Origin: Octopus vulgaris
Taxonomy: Eukaryota
DNA length: 64,000 bases
Direction of reading: 5' to 3'
Assembly (NCBI GenBank): GCA_951406725.2
Contig: OX597839.1
Coordinates: 20,708,001-20,772,000, forward strand
Below, one piece after another: positions 43,329 through 56,246 of this stretch. The notes beneath the pieces were generated by a model. The model worked only from the letters and a program-made list of their open reading frames with translations, had not been told where the DNA came from and did not search any database. A program made the translations under genes and the position numbers. Position 1 is the first letter of the stretch, and every line of letters begins with the position of its first letter.

Positions 43329-43719
43329 AGGCGCAGGAGTGGCTGTGTGGTAAGAAACTTGCTTACCAACCACATGGTTCTGGGTTCAGTCCCACTGCGT
43401 GGCACCTTGGGCAAGTGTCTTCTGCTATAGCATCGGGCCGACCAAAGCCTTGTGAGTGGATTTGGTAGACGGAAACTGAAAGAAGCCTGTCGTATATATT
43501 CCCTTTTTCTCTCTTCAAAGTCTTTTCCTTGTTTCAGTCATTTGACTGCAGCCATGCTGGAGCACCGCCTTTAGTCAAGCAAATCGACCCCAGGACTTAC
43601 TCATTGTAAGCCTGGTACTTATCCTATCGGTCTCTTTTGCCGATCCACTGAGTTACTGGGAAGTAAACACACCAGCATCGGTTGTCAAGCGATGTTGGGG
43701 GACAAACACAGACATACAA

Positions 43720-43790
<71 letters not shown>

Positions 43791-44030
43791 TACGACTCGC
43801 TTCTTTCAGTTTCCGTCTACCCAATCCATGTTTATGTGTGTGTGAGTGTTTGTCCTCCCCACCATCGCTTGACAACCGATGTTGGTGTATTTACGTCCCC
43901 GTAACATAGCGGTTCAGCAAAAAGAGACCGATAGAACAAGTACTAGGCTTACAAAGAATAAGTCCTGGGGTCGATTTGTTCGACTTAAGGCGGTGCCCCA
44001 GCATGACCGCAGTCCAATAACTAAGACAAG
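43329..44030. mobile_element. Family-A SINE with an antiparallel family-A copy inserted in its internal microsatellite
   Basis: Plus head 43329-43495, minus copy 43515-43828, plus 3' half 43840-44030. Confidence 0.85.
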
Positions 44031-44086
44031 TACATATATATATATATGCATATATATACATATACGTATATCTATATGTATGTATG

Positions 44087-44117
<31 letters not shown>

Positions 44118-44385
44118 GTGCATATATAGATATATACATATATATTTGCACCCACATATATATATACACGCATATATCTATATACATACACATATATGTA
44201 TACATATATGTACATATATATGCACATATATACATAAATATACATACACACACACATATATATATATATATCCAAATATACACCTATATTTACATATTTA
44301 TATATATATACATACATATATGTGTGTGTGTGTGTACACTTTATATGTATATAAATGTACATATATACATATGCATATATATATT

Positions 44386-44416
<31 letters not shown>

Positions 44417-44529
44417 ATATATATACACACATATATATATATACACACATATATATATACACATATAAGTATATATATATACACGTATATATATATATAT
44501 AAAACTTAGATATGATTCGACCAAAGATT

Positions 44530-45492
44530 GGTCCAGGCCATGTCTAACTTAATAGCGCCACCTGATAGGATTATCTCAATCCTTTTTAAGTTAAGTTTTG
44601 TTTATGGTGCATTCAAGCAGTGAGTTCTTGTTGAGTGAGTTGTATCTAGGTATAGGTGGGTTATCCGGTATTCCTTGAAGAAATCTGTCCAGACTCTGTT
44701 TAAAGCTGATAGGATCCTTTTCTTCTTTGATCAATGTTAAACAGGGCAGGGCCTGTTGAGGAAAAGAAATTATATCGCAGTGTACCTATATGCTGTGATC
44801 CTGAATTGGGCAGGGGTCGTATGGTCCGTATTCCCAGTCTTGGATGAACCTTGAAACTAATGTTCAGGTCGTTTGGGCAATGCTGGCGGTATACTCCCCA
44901 CATCGTACAAATGATGTACCGCTCGCAGCGGCGCTGAAGAGACTAAGAGTTTCAAGGCTTTAAGGCGGTTCTAATAATTGAGATCAGTTATGCCTTCAAT
45001 TCGTTTAGTGAGTGCCCTCTGGGATGATTCAATCCTCGAGATGTTTTGTATGGGGAGACCACAAGGGGGCAGCAGTATTCGAGGTGTGGCCGTACAAAAG
45101 ACAAAAAAAGTGGAATGATGACACCTTGTTCTCTGGACCGGAAGATTCTTAAGATCCAGGAGCTCATCTTGCAAGATATCTCGACCTTATTGTTGATGTG
45201 GGCAACTGAGATTGTTATCTACAATTACACCCAGGTCTCTGATATTATTAGATGCCGTGAGCGGTTCCCCTAAAGGAAGAGAGTATGGCTGTTTTAGTAT
45301 AGACTTTCTTCCAAAATGCATCAGCTCAAATTTGCCCTCGTTCAGTTACATTTTGTTTTTGTCTGCTCATTGACTCACAGCATATAGATCAGACTGGAGT
45401 TGAGTTCGGTCTTCTTCTTCATCGATGATTTGCTGGAGCTTAGTGTCATCAGCAAATATTTTCACTTTGCAGTGATTTACGACGCTGGAAAG
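44530..45492 (-). pseudogene. CR1-group LINE, C-terminal reverse-transcriptase fragment and 3' UTR
   Basis: VKIFADDTKL...LQSDLYAVSQ*ADKNKM*LNEGKFELMHFG ... IESSQRALTKRI ... SLQRRCERYII ... FKQSLDRFL; contains stops and frameshifts. Confidence 0.9.
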
Positions 45493-45743
45493 ACGTTCGC
45501 GCGCACACACACATGCATATATAGGCGTAAATGTATATATATATATATATATTATATATATTATATACATATGTGTGTGTGCGTATAATTGAAGACACTT
45601 GCCCAAGTATCACACATGGGACTGAACCAGGGGCCATGTGGTCGGGACGAAAACCTCTTACCACACAACCACGCCTATATATATATATATATATATATAT
45701 ACACGCACGCACACAGATGCATACGTGTTTGTGTGTAGACCTC

Positions 45744-46155
45744 TACTCTTTTTTACTCTTTTACTTGTTTCAGTCATTTGACTGCGGCCATGCTGGAGCA
45801 CCGCCTCTAGTCGAGCAAATCAACCCCGGGACTTATTCTTTGTAAGCCCAGTACTTATTCTATCGGTCTCTTTTGCCGAACCGCTAAGTGACAGGGACGT
45901 AAACACACCAGCATTGGTTGTCAAGCAATGCTAGACGGACAAACACAGACACACAAACATATACACACACATACATATATATACATATATACGACAGGCA
46001 TCTTTCAGTTTCCGTCTACCAAATCCACTCACAAGGCATTGGTCGACCCGAGGCTATAGCAGAAGACACTTGCCCAAGATGCCACGCAGTGGGACTGAAC
46101 CCAGAACCATGTGGTTGGTAGGCAAGCTACTTACCACACAGCCACTCCTGCGCCT
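45744..46155 (-). mobile_element. Full-length family-A SINE
   Basis: Complete head (...cactcctgcgcc) to tail. Confidence 0.92.
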
Positions 46156-46829
46156 ATGAAAATAATGTACATGAAAATAATTACCCTTTTCCCGATAAAA
46201 TAAAACCCTGCCGGACATAATATATTCCCACACTATTTCGTCGTGTCCCTTGTTTTTCTTTCTCACCGAGGCCCCACCAAGCGCCCACCAAGGACCCCCA
46301 CCCCTATCAACATTATATCTACAACAACAACAAATTATTGTTTTTCTTATTTGAAACGAAAACAAAAGAAAAGGGCGCCATCATCAATCAGTGTCACTAA
46401 AAAAACCTCGGGTTTCCCGCCTGTTCTTTCTACCCACACACACAGGGGCACACACATTCACATACATACACACACACATCCGCATATGCATCAATTATAT
46501 ACTGTATCAACCATCTACAATTCTCCTGGGTGGTAATTTGATCTGCTAGAAATGACGGCCGACACAATACTTTAAATTCCTACCATCCGTCTTGCTACAA
46601 ATTGGATAATGTTCTTATATATTATACAATACAGTGGGCCCCACACACGCACAGCACTTAAGGGACAGCATTGATAGTGATGGTTACAAGCTCTTGAACC
46701 TGGCCAACAATATGAAGTAGATACGCTGCATAAAGGAATCATTTGATTAATCAACGTTGCCAGCGTACGCACTGTTATGCAAATTAGTCCTTCCGCGTTA
46801 GATAAGTCCAAGCTTATACACCTGCCAGC

Positions 46830-47140
46830 ATTTCGGAAAACAACGTATTTTCATTAGCTTCAAACGCTTCTAGTTAGTTCTATCGTCCACTCTTCTTTCC
46901 TTCAAATCCGGTGACAACTGTCGAAGTACCCATTTTGCAAGTACCCGTTTTGCAAGTGTTCTAACATACCTAGAGTCTCCCATCATCTTTTGTAATGCAG
47001 GCCAGTCGTGTGCCTTACTCACAGATTGTCGCTTGTCTTTCTGTTGGAATCAATTCGTTCCTTCTTGGCGATTCGCGACAGCGGTCGCTATCACTTGGTC
47101 TCCCACAAGACCGTTGTAACACACCAACGCAGAGGACCGT
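46830..47140 (-). pseudogene. Degenerate mariner transposase fragment
   Basis: GRPSD...NELIPTERQATICE (second HTH region), then KRVLAKWVLRQLSPDLKERRVD, a WVPHEL-type linker. Confidence 0.7.
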
Positions 47141-47155
47141 AGAGTATTTATTTAA

Positions 47156-47534
47156 CCCTTTCGTTACTGTATTTATTTTGAGATGCTCTGTGTTTCTTTC
47201 AATCACTTTAAATACAACAAAGACTTTAGTAAAATAACTTGGTTATCATTAAGCGAGTGTTAGGAACATTAATTGTGATGAAGGTTTGGTGGAAGATTTT
47301 AGTTCAAAACTTATCAAAACAAGACATTTGTTACTATATTTCTGTTGAGATGCTCTGTGTTCCTTTCAATTAATTTTATATATAACAAAGACTTTAGTAA
47401 AATAACTTAGTTATTGTTAAGCTAGTGTTAGGAACATAAATTGTGACTAAGGTTTGGTGGAAGATTTTAGTTCAAAACTTATGAAAACAAGACATTTGTA
47501 CTACAGAGCCAGAGCCGGGTTGGTAATGAAAGGG
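47156..47534. mobile_element. piggyBac-like MITE with an internal ~167-bp tandem duplication
   Basis: TTAA-CCCTTTCGTTAC ... GTAATGAAAGGG-TTAA; two internal copies of gttact.tattt...aaacaagacatttgt. Confidence 0.85.
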
Positions 47535-48026
47535 TTAACTCTTATAGATTATTTAAATTGGGCTCCCAGACCTGTGGAGGCCCCTGGGCAGCTTCCCAGT
47601 GTGCTCATGTCTCAAGTCAGCACTGGTCCCTCACTGCATGGCTTGTTTCAGTATAGCTTTCTCTCTCTTTAAACTTCATGCATTTGTGCACATTGCTATT
47701 CTAAATGGTGGCATCTCCATAAACAACATGTAGCCTTCTGTATATGCCGGAAATACTGCGCTCCTCACTAATGCTTTAATACTGACACGTTGCTTATAAC
47801 TGGAACCAATTATTTAATGAAAAACTGAAAGAAAAAAGAAAGCAGAAATAAGTAGTTACTCTACCAATATGTGCAATTTGAACGACTTATGTCAGTTAAT
47901 AAAAAGAAGCTATGCTATAAAAGAAAAGTGCTGATTATCTACTGTAGACTACACGGTTTATTCCCACTGAATCTTTCTTTGGCGACTCGAATTTCACGCC
48001 GCTGCGGACCTTTAGGCAAGAAAACA

Positions 48027-48063
48027 CGCCTGAAGATCGGTGCGGCTTGAAACTTCAGTCGCG
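48027..48063 (+). ncRNA. Degenerate hammerhead-like motif
   Basis: cgc-CTGAAGA-tcggtgcggctt-GAAA-cttcag-TC-gcg: full core and a GUC site, but stem II pairs poorly. Confidence 0.4.
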
Positions 48064-48530
48064 AATAACAATTCAGCTCCAATACCCTATATATATATAT
48101 ATGTGTTTGTGTGTGTGTGTGTGTGCGTGTGTCTTGCAAACAACTTGCACATGCAAGTGCTACAGGTCAAGAACTCCGCATACCGGGAGCCAGCAAGTGT
48201 ATGGGGTCATCAGGAGAGAATGCGCATCGTTTCGGAGCCTACCTCTCGACGGCATCAACGCCCCCCCCCCCATCTCACTGATATGAGACTCCGCTTGCTA
48301 GATCAACTGGTTATTAAATAAAGCTCACTGTTTCTCCAGTCATTGCTCATCGTCTCTTTTTAACCAAATCCAGTGGCTAGCCTTCTCCGGCGCCGTATTT
48401 CACAATCCTGTAGATAATAATAATGGTATTTTGTTATATAAGCTTAAAGCTTTTATATATATATATAGTCGCCATGATAGATCATTAGCCACTACGCACA
48501 TTCTTTTCTCCCCTTGTTTTTTCTGTGTCC

Positions 48531-48566
48531 CTTTCTGTAGAAGAGCGTAGGCTCGAAATGTAAAAG
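48531..48566 (+). ncRNA. Minimal hammerhead-like motif in P1 copy 3
   Basis: cttt-CTGTAGA-A-gagc gtag gctc-GAAA-T-GTA-aaag. Confidence 0.45.
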
Positions 48567-49036
48567 ACTTTTTCTATTCCTGAGCGTTATACTAATACAT
48601 CTGTTGGTTTTGTACACCACCTCTCTTCGTCTTCTGTTTTTTTCGTAAACTCTCCCTATATATGATTTTTTGATTTTGATTTTTCCAGTTTCAGCTAATG
48701 AGCTGTGGCCATGCTGGGGCACCGCCATTATATATATATATAATTAAAAATTGTTTGAGTGACGTCTTTGCCAACCTATGTATATTTATACACTATCTTG
48801 TGTGATACTTTAGGCTGGGTGGTCTGATATCGTTTCGAACTTGATACGTGTACGTGACACTGAGAAGTCTCAAGAACGGCGAAATGTCTATCGCTCTCGT
48901 GGTCACCTCTAGGGTTATTTGGTTTCGTTTAGTTATGAAATATATATTTTATTTTTACCTGAACAACAGCCGCCATCTTCTGGCATTTCGGCTATACGAC
49001 ATACACATACTAAGTATGATGTATCGACAAATCCCG

Positions 49037-49083
<47 letters not shown>

Positions 49084-49193
49084 TTTATCCACCCACACTT
49101 GTATACACAGATTATCCCTGCCTCATGCGGTCATTCTTCGCCTTCACTAACAAAACAATCGTTGTTATATCTTCCTCATACCTTAAATAGTGT

Positions 49194-49225
<32 letters not shown>

Positions 49226-49395
49226 ACATTCTCCTCCCTCTCTGTCTTTTTCACTCCCTCTCTTTCTCTTTCTCATCAGGGGCCCATTAGTGACACCAAA
49301 GAAAACAAGCGCTTGTTACTGTATCTCAGATATATGTGTATGTATAATATATATATATATGTATGTATTATATATATATGTATATGTATGTATAA

Positions 49396-49436
<41 letters not shown>

Positions 49437-49824
49437 ATATATATATATATGTGTGTATATATATATATGTGTATATATATATATATATATATGTGTATAT
49501 ATATATATATATGTGTATATATTTATAATGACAAGCTACATCGTGTACTTAAAACAGAGCAATGTGATTTTTAAAATAATCAGATCCTTATAATTGAAAT
49601 AAGATGCCTATAGTTTATGGGTTCCCCTTTTCCATCTGTCTCTCATAAATATGAAAGGTTTATATTAAAATCGAATATATTTTCATTTATTCTGTGTATG
49701 CTGGGCATGTATAGCGCGGCTTTACATTCCTTCAGGGAATATTACGGCTGGGTTAAGCGAATGTCAGATAACAGCATATATTTACTGATAAAAGGTTTTA
49801 ATACTAATCGTACAGACCCGACGT

Positions 49825-49960
49825 GTACGCTGGTGTCTATATATTAGTGGGTGTATGTATGTTTGTGCGTACGCTGGTGTCTATATATTAGTGGGTGTAT
49901 GTATATGTTTGTGCGTACGCTGGTGTCTATATATTAGTGGGTGTATGTATATGTTTGTGC
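49825..49960. repeat. 3 x ~44-46-bp tandem repeat
   Basis: gtacgctggtgtctatatattagtgggtgtatgtat(at)gtttgtgc. Confidence 0.95.
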
Positions 49961-50173
49961 GTGCGTGTGTATCTATATATGAATGTGTGTGTGTGTCTGT
50001 ATATTAGTGTGTGTGTGTACCTGCGTATGTAAGTGCGTGTTTATGCGTATGTATATGAGTGTTTGTGCGTCTGTACGTGTGTATGTATATATGTGTGCAT
50101 GTGTATATATGTGTGTGTGTGTGTGTATGTATGCGCGTGTGTTTGTGCGGTGTGTATGTATATATGTGTGTGC

Positions 50174-50205
<32 letters not shown>

Positions 50206-50310
50206 GTGTATGTATATATGTATGTATGTGCGTATTTATGCGTGTGTGTTTGTGCGTCTGTACGTGCGTATGTGTGTGAGGGTGTGTATGTATATATGTG
50301 TGCATGTGTG

Positions 50311-50359
<49 letters not shown>

Positions 50360-50394
50360 GAAAGTATGTAGCTTACTGCCTAGGGTACCAGTGA

Positions 50395-50685
50395 AGGTGC
50401 GCGGCTTAAAGGTTAGGGTATTCGGCTCACGATCGCAAGGTCGTGAGTTCGATTCTTGGCGGTGCGTTCTGTTATTGACCATGACACTATTCTTCGTTGC
50501 TCCAGCGTGACACAGAACGTGACAAGGCTGGCGCCTTCGAAATACGCGCTGAATTTCCCCGAGAACTACGTTAAGAGTACACGTGTCTGTGGAGTACTCA
50601 GCCACTTGCAAGTTAATTTCACGAGCAGGCTGTTCCGCTGATCGAATCAACTGGAACCCTCGTCGTCGCAACCGACGGAGTGCCA
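50395..50685 (+). mobile_element. Family-C SINE with an internal micro-inversion
   Basis: Homologous to 12975-13280; segment 50503-50545 is inverted. Confidence 0.85.
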
Positions 50686-50700
50686 AGTTAATGTATGTAT

Positions 50701-51272
50701 GGGCGCAGGAGTGGCTCTGTGGTAAGAAGCTTGCTGGCAGAAACGTTAGCACGCCGGGCGAAATGCTTTGCGGTATTTCGTCTGCCGTTACGTTCTGAGT
50801 TCAAATTCCGCCGAGGTCGACTTTGCCTTTCATCCTTTCGGTGTCGATAAATTAAAGTACCAGTTACGCACGGGGGTCGATATAATCGACTTAATCCGTT
50901 TGTCTGTCCTTATTTGTCCTCTCTGTGTTTAGCCCCTTGTAGGTAGTAAAGAAATAGGTATTTCGTCTGCCGTTACGTTCCGAGTTCAAATTCCGCCGAG
51001 GGCGACTTTGCCTTTCATCCTTTCGGGGTCGATTAAATATGTACCAGTTACGCACTGGGGTCGATGTAATCGACTTGATCCCTTTGTCTACCCTTGTTTG
51101 TCCTCTCTGTGTTTAGCCCCTTGTGGGTAGTAAAGAAATAGGTATTTCGTCTGCCGCTACGTTCTGAGTTCAAATTCCACCGAGGTCGACTTTGTCTTTC
51201 ATCCTTTCGGGGTTCAATATAATCGACTTAATCCGTTTGTCTGTCCTTGTTTGTCCCCTCTGTATTTAGTCC
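50701..51272 (+). mobile_element. Family-A head fused to a family-B SINE trimer
   Basis: gggcgcaggagtggctctgtggtaagaagcttgct|ggcagaaacgttagc..., then ~184-bp head-to-tail units joined at aaagaaata|ggtatttcgtctg. Confidence 0.88.
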
Positions 51273-52239
51273 GTGCGTACCCTACGTTACCCTACGTAGC
51301 CATTTCTGGCGTCCTACGAGAGAATATGCCTTGCTTCTTATGAATTCATATAACAAATTCGCTCCAACACACACACACACACACACACATCTAATGAGGC
51401 TAATTATTCAGAAAGAGGTCATGGATGAGTTGTTGCGCGATGCTAAAAGTGCAAGCATTGATAAAATTACTTCACGGTATTCACTTACAAACCTACAAAC
51501 CTCTTCTTGCCGTCATCGGGGTTTCAAATCCGCGTAAGGTCGACATTGCCGGTTTACTTTACTGAATGGCTAAGAAGTGAAAGGAAGGGTCAAATAGTGA
51601 CGTACAGAGAAGATAAGGGATCAATTAAATGACTGATATCCCTTCTATTTTTACAAATTGCTGTGGCCCCTGTTGCATTATATTACAAATAATTATAGTT
51701 TTGGAGTTAATGGTTGACACTATTGTTCAGTGTGTGTGGGGGTGCATGTTTTTCGTGTATAAGGTAGGGCTCTCTAGGTTTGCTTTGAGTGTGTGTGTGT
51801 GTGTGTGTGTATTCTTGTGTCTTTTTTATTATTTTTTTTAATTTAGAATTCTTGGTATTTGCAGTAAGCCTTCCATCACCGTCACCGCCCCTGCTACCGC
51901 AATAATCTTTTACCAGCATACCACACAACCACCATCAATACCATCACCATCACCACCACCACCGTCAGCAGCATCGCTATTACAACCACCACTGCCATCA
52001 TCAATATGCATCCACTGTCACCATCACCTCCACCACCATCGCCACCACCACCACCACCATTATCATCACCACCACCGCCCACTCCGCCCACGACATCACC
52101 ATCAACCATCACGACCACAGACTATTATTATTATTATTATTATTATTAACACTACTTGCCAAAACAACCGCACATAACCATCACAACTACCACCACCACC
52201 GCCGCCGCCATCAACACAATCGTTAAGTACACCAGCACC

Positions 52240-52690
52240 ACTATCACCACCACCACCACCGCCGCCGCAACTATAACCTACACTATTACCACCACCAGCA
52301 TCCACATCATCACCACAACCACCCACACCACTCCACCCACGACACCGCAGCCAGCGCTATCACCATTACCACCACCACCACCGCCGCAACTATAACCTAC
52401 ACTATTACCACCACCAGCATCCACATCATCATCATCATCACCACCACAACCACCCACACCACTCCACCCACGACACCACAGCCAGCACTATCAACATTAC
52501 CACCACCACCACCACCACCACTACCACCACCACCGCCGCCGCAACTATAACCTCCACTATTACCACCACCACCATCCACATCATCATCATCACCACAACC
52601 ACCCACACCACTCCACCCACGACACCGCAGCCAGCGCTATCACCACCACCACCATCACCACCACCACCACTACTACTATCACCACCTTTA
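52240..52690. repeat. ~125-145-bp imperfect tandem repeat in CAC-rich DNA
   Basis: ccgccgcaactataacct.cactattaccacc... three times. Confidence 0.85.
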
Positions 52691-52902
52691 AACTGTCTAC
52701 GTCCACCATAATTACTTAATTCAGTGTCACTTTTCACCCTCCTGGCTAAGTAAACATTGGTCTGACATTTATGGATGGGTGGATGGGGTGGTGGGTGTAG
52801 TTAGGTCCTCTCCATATGCGGGTGTGTGCATGTGGGTATGTGCGTGTGTGTGTGTATGCATATATGTATTTACACATGTATGTGGGTATGTGCGGTCCCG
52901 CG

Positions 52903-52940
<38 letters not shown>

Positions 52941-53363
52941 TATGCATGTATATATAGCATATATATATAGGTATGCATGTATATAGCATATATATATGTG
53001 TGTATATATATATATATGTACGTATGTATAATATATATATGTATATATAGGTATGCATGTATATAGCATATATAGCATATATATATGTGTATATATATAT
53101 ATGTACGTATGTATAATATATATATGTATATATAGGTTTGTATGTATATAATATATATATATATATATGTGTGTGTATGTATAATATATATATATATATA
53201 TATATAGGTATGTATATATATGATATAAATATGATATATATATAGGTATATATAATATATGTATATAAACATGTATGTATATATAGGTATGTATATATAT
53301 ATATATATTGTTATATTTCGGAATGGTCATATTGCCAGTTTAGCCAATATATATGCATGTATA

Positions 53364-53403
<40 letters not shown>

Positions 53404-53534
53404 TATGTATGTATAATATATATATTTGTGTGTGTATGTATTATATATATATATGTGTTTGTATGTGTGTGTGTGTATATATATATATTTATGTGTGTGT
53501 ATATATAATACATATATGTATATATGTATGTGTG

Positions 53535-53577
<43 letters not shown>

Positions 53578-53840
53578 GAGATGTGATACTTATGTACGTG
53601 TGTGTGTGTCTATGTGGTTGCATTCATCTGAATGTTGGTGGGTGCCCACTGTATATACTTTTATGTATGTGTGTGCGTGTGTTCGTGTCCTTTATCTTTT
53701 ACTTCTTTCAGTGATTAACTTATTCTATTGGTTGTAAACAAACCAGCACCGGTTGTCAGGCGATGGTGAGGGACACAAAGATATGTACAGATACATATAT
53801 GTGTGTGTGTGTGTGTGTGTATGCATGCATGTATGTATAT

Positions 53841-54043
53841 AGGCGCAGGCGTGGCTGTGTAGTACGAAGCTTGCTTCCCAACCACATGGTTCCGGGTTCA
53901 GTCCCACTGCGTGGCACCTTGGGCAAATGTCTTTTACTATAGCTTCGGGTCGACCAATACCTTGCGAGTGAAGCTGGTAGACGGAAACTGAAGGAAGCAT
54001 GTTGCATGTGTGTCTGTTTATGTATATAATGTGTGTATTTATG

Positions 54044-54087
<44 letters not shown>

Positions 54088-54275
54088 TCTGTCTCCCGAT
54101 CATCACTTGATAACCAGTGTTGGTGTGTTTACATCCCCCTTTGTAGCGGTTCGGTAAAAGAGACCGATAGGTTTTTAAGAAATTAAATCTAGGGCTGATT
54201 TGTTCGACTAAAAGCCTTGAACGCGGAGCTCCAGCATGGCCGAAGTCAAATGACTAAAACACGTAAAACAATAAA
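53841..54275 (+). mobile_element. Family-A SINE (older)
   Basis: Head aggcgcaggcgtggctgtgtag... to tail. Confidence 0.85.
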
Positions 54276-54276
54276 A

Positions 54277-54333
<57 letters not shown>

Positions 54334-54848
54334 ATTTGTACATACACACAAATATATATATGGTCGTGCAGAATGCTGGAAATAGCAGCCAAATCTTGGT
54401 TAGTCACTAGTATCCAATGATGAATAATTTCAAGCCAGTCAGCCAAGTTGTCTTTTTCTAGAATGTCTATTCGTATGGAAAAATCGCGATGGCCACGAAT
54501 GGAAAGCCTTTGATCAAGCTACGGCTCGACAGAGGATGACACACACGCACATGCTACACTTCCTGTCTATTATCCTCTCCCACTGCGTTTGAGTATGATG
54601 CAAGGGAGATTATCGGAATCGCTTAGTAATGCGTGTGTGCTTTGTGTTGTGTAACGTTGTACTTTAACTGTGGAAATTCAACGCTTATAGCTAGAAGTGC
54701 ACTTTAACTGTGGAAATTAATTCGGCGCTTATTATTTATGGTTATATTAGTAAATGATTACATAAATTTCAAAGCACTCTAATCTTGATTAATACGCAAA
54801 ATTGCTTTAGTTATAAATTAAATTAAATAGTGAAAAACTTTAAACATA

Positions 54849-55031
54849 GGCGCAGGAGTGGCTGTGTGGTAAGTAGCTTGCTAACCAACCACATGGTTCC
54901 GGGTTCAGTCCCACTGCGTGGCATCTTGGGCAAGTGTCCTCTGCTATAGCCCCGGGCCGACCAATGCCTTGTGAGTGGATTTGGTAGACGGAAACTGAAA
55001 GAAGCCTGTCGTATGTATATATATATATATG

Positions 55032-55075
<44 letters not shown>

Positions 55076-55136
55076 CGTGTGTGTATGTGTTTGTGTGTCG
55101 TGTATATGTATATATATATATATGTATATATATATG

Positions 55137-55182
<46 letters not shown>

Positions 55183-55390
55183 CGTATGTGTTTGTGTGTT
55201 TGTCCCCCTAGCATTGCTTGACAACCAATGCTGGTGTGTTTACGTCCCCGTCACCTAGCGGTTCGGCAAAAGACACCGATAGAATAAGTACTGGGCTTAC
55301 AAAGAATAAGTCCCGGGGTCGATTTGCACGACTAAAGGCGGTGCTCCATCATGGCCGCAGTCAAATGACTGAAACAAGTAAAAGAGTAAA
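54849..55390 (+). mobile_element. Full-length young family-A SINE (reference copy)
   Basis: tRNA-like A box tggctgtgtgg, B box ggttcagtccc, CORE-like tcttgggcaagtg, internal (TA)n, tail aagtaaaagagtaaa. Confidence 0.92.
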
Positions 55391-55468
55391 GGGACTATCG
55401 TAAAATGGAAATAAGTTACTTGTTAACAACTTACGTTTGTGAGAGTGTATGCATATATGTGCATTTGC

Positions 55469-55515
<47 letters not shown>

Positions 55516-55518
<3 letters not shown>

Positions 55519-55809
55519 CGCAATGGCCCAGTGGTTAGGGCAGCGGACTCGCGGTCGGTGGCTCGCGGTTTCGATTCTCAGACCGGGCGTGGTGTGTGTT
55601 TATTGAGCGAAAACACCTGAAAGCTCCACAGGGCTCCGGCAGGGGGTAGTGGCGACCCCTGTTGTACTCTTTCGCCCCAGCTCTCTCTCCCTCTTTCTTC
55701 CTGTTTCTTGAGTAACGCTGCGATGGACTGGCGTCCTGTCCAGCTGGAGGGAACGCATACGCCACAGAAACCGGGGAACCGGGCCCATGAGCCTTTCTAG
55801 GCTTGAATA

Positions 55810-55810
<1 letters not shown>
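55516..55810 (+). mobile_element. Family-D tRNA-derived SINE
   Basis: Head tggcccagtggttagggcagcggactcgcg...gtttcgattctc; 3' module ctgcgatggactggcgtcctgtccag...cagaaaccgg. Confidence 0.88.
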
Positions 55811-55881
<71 letters not shown>

Positions 55882-55919
55882 AGATAGAGAGAGAGAGAAA
55901 ATTTTGTGTGTGTATAAGT

Positions 55920-56088
55920 GTGTTTCGTCTGTCTTTACGTTCTGAGTTCAAATTCCGCCGAGGTTGACTTTGCCTTTAAGATAAATTAAGTACCAGTTAC
56001 GTACTGGGGTCAATGTAATCGATTTAATACCTTTGTCTGTCCTTGTTTGTCCCCTCTATGTTTAGCCCCTTGTGGGTAATAAAGAAAT
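55920..56088 (+). mobile_element. Family-B SINE, 5'-truncated
   Basis: tttcgtctgtctttacgttctgagttcaaattcc...gggtaataaagaaat. Confidence 0.88.
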
Positions 56089-56246
56089 ATATATACGTAT
56101 GTCTATAAACACACACACACACACACACGCAGCGATACCCCTATCTTTGTTTAACTATACACCTATATAGTATATATAGGGTATATGTACTCATTTACAA
56201 ATAACTGTTTATTTCTTGCTGTAAAACTTCATCGATAAATAATAAC

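Noticed and set aside
47015-47140. Exon with a strong CT|GTGAGT donor
   Set aside because: Better explained as part of a decayed mariner transposase that continues to a WVLRQL motif.
48140-48405. Solo LTR ending aataaa...ttcaca
   Set aside because: No clear 5' TG terminus, TSD or second copy in the window.
54849-54925. tRNA genes at SINE heads (also 55516, 50395, 17440-17513)
   Set aside because: A and B boxes are present, but there is no intact cloverleaf and they continue into SINE bodies.
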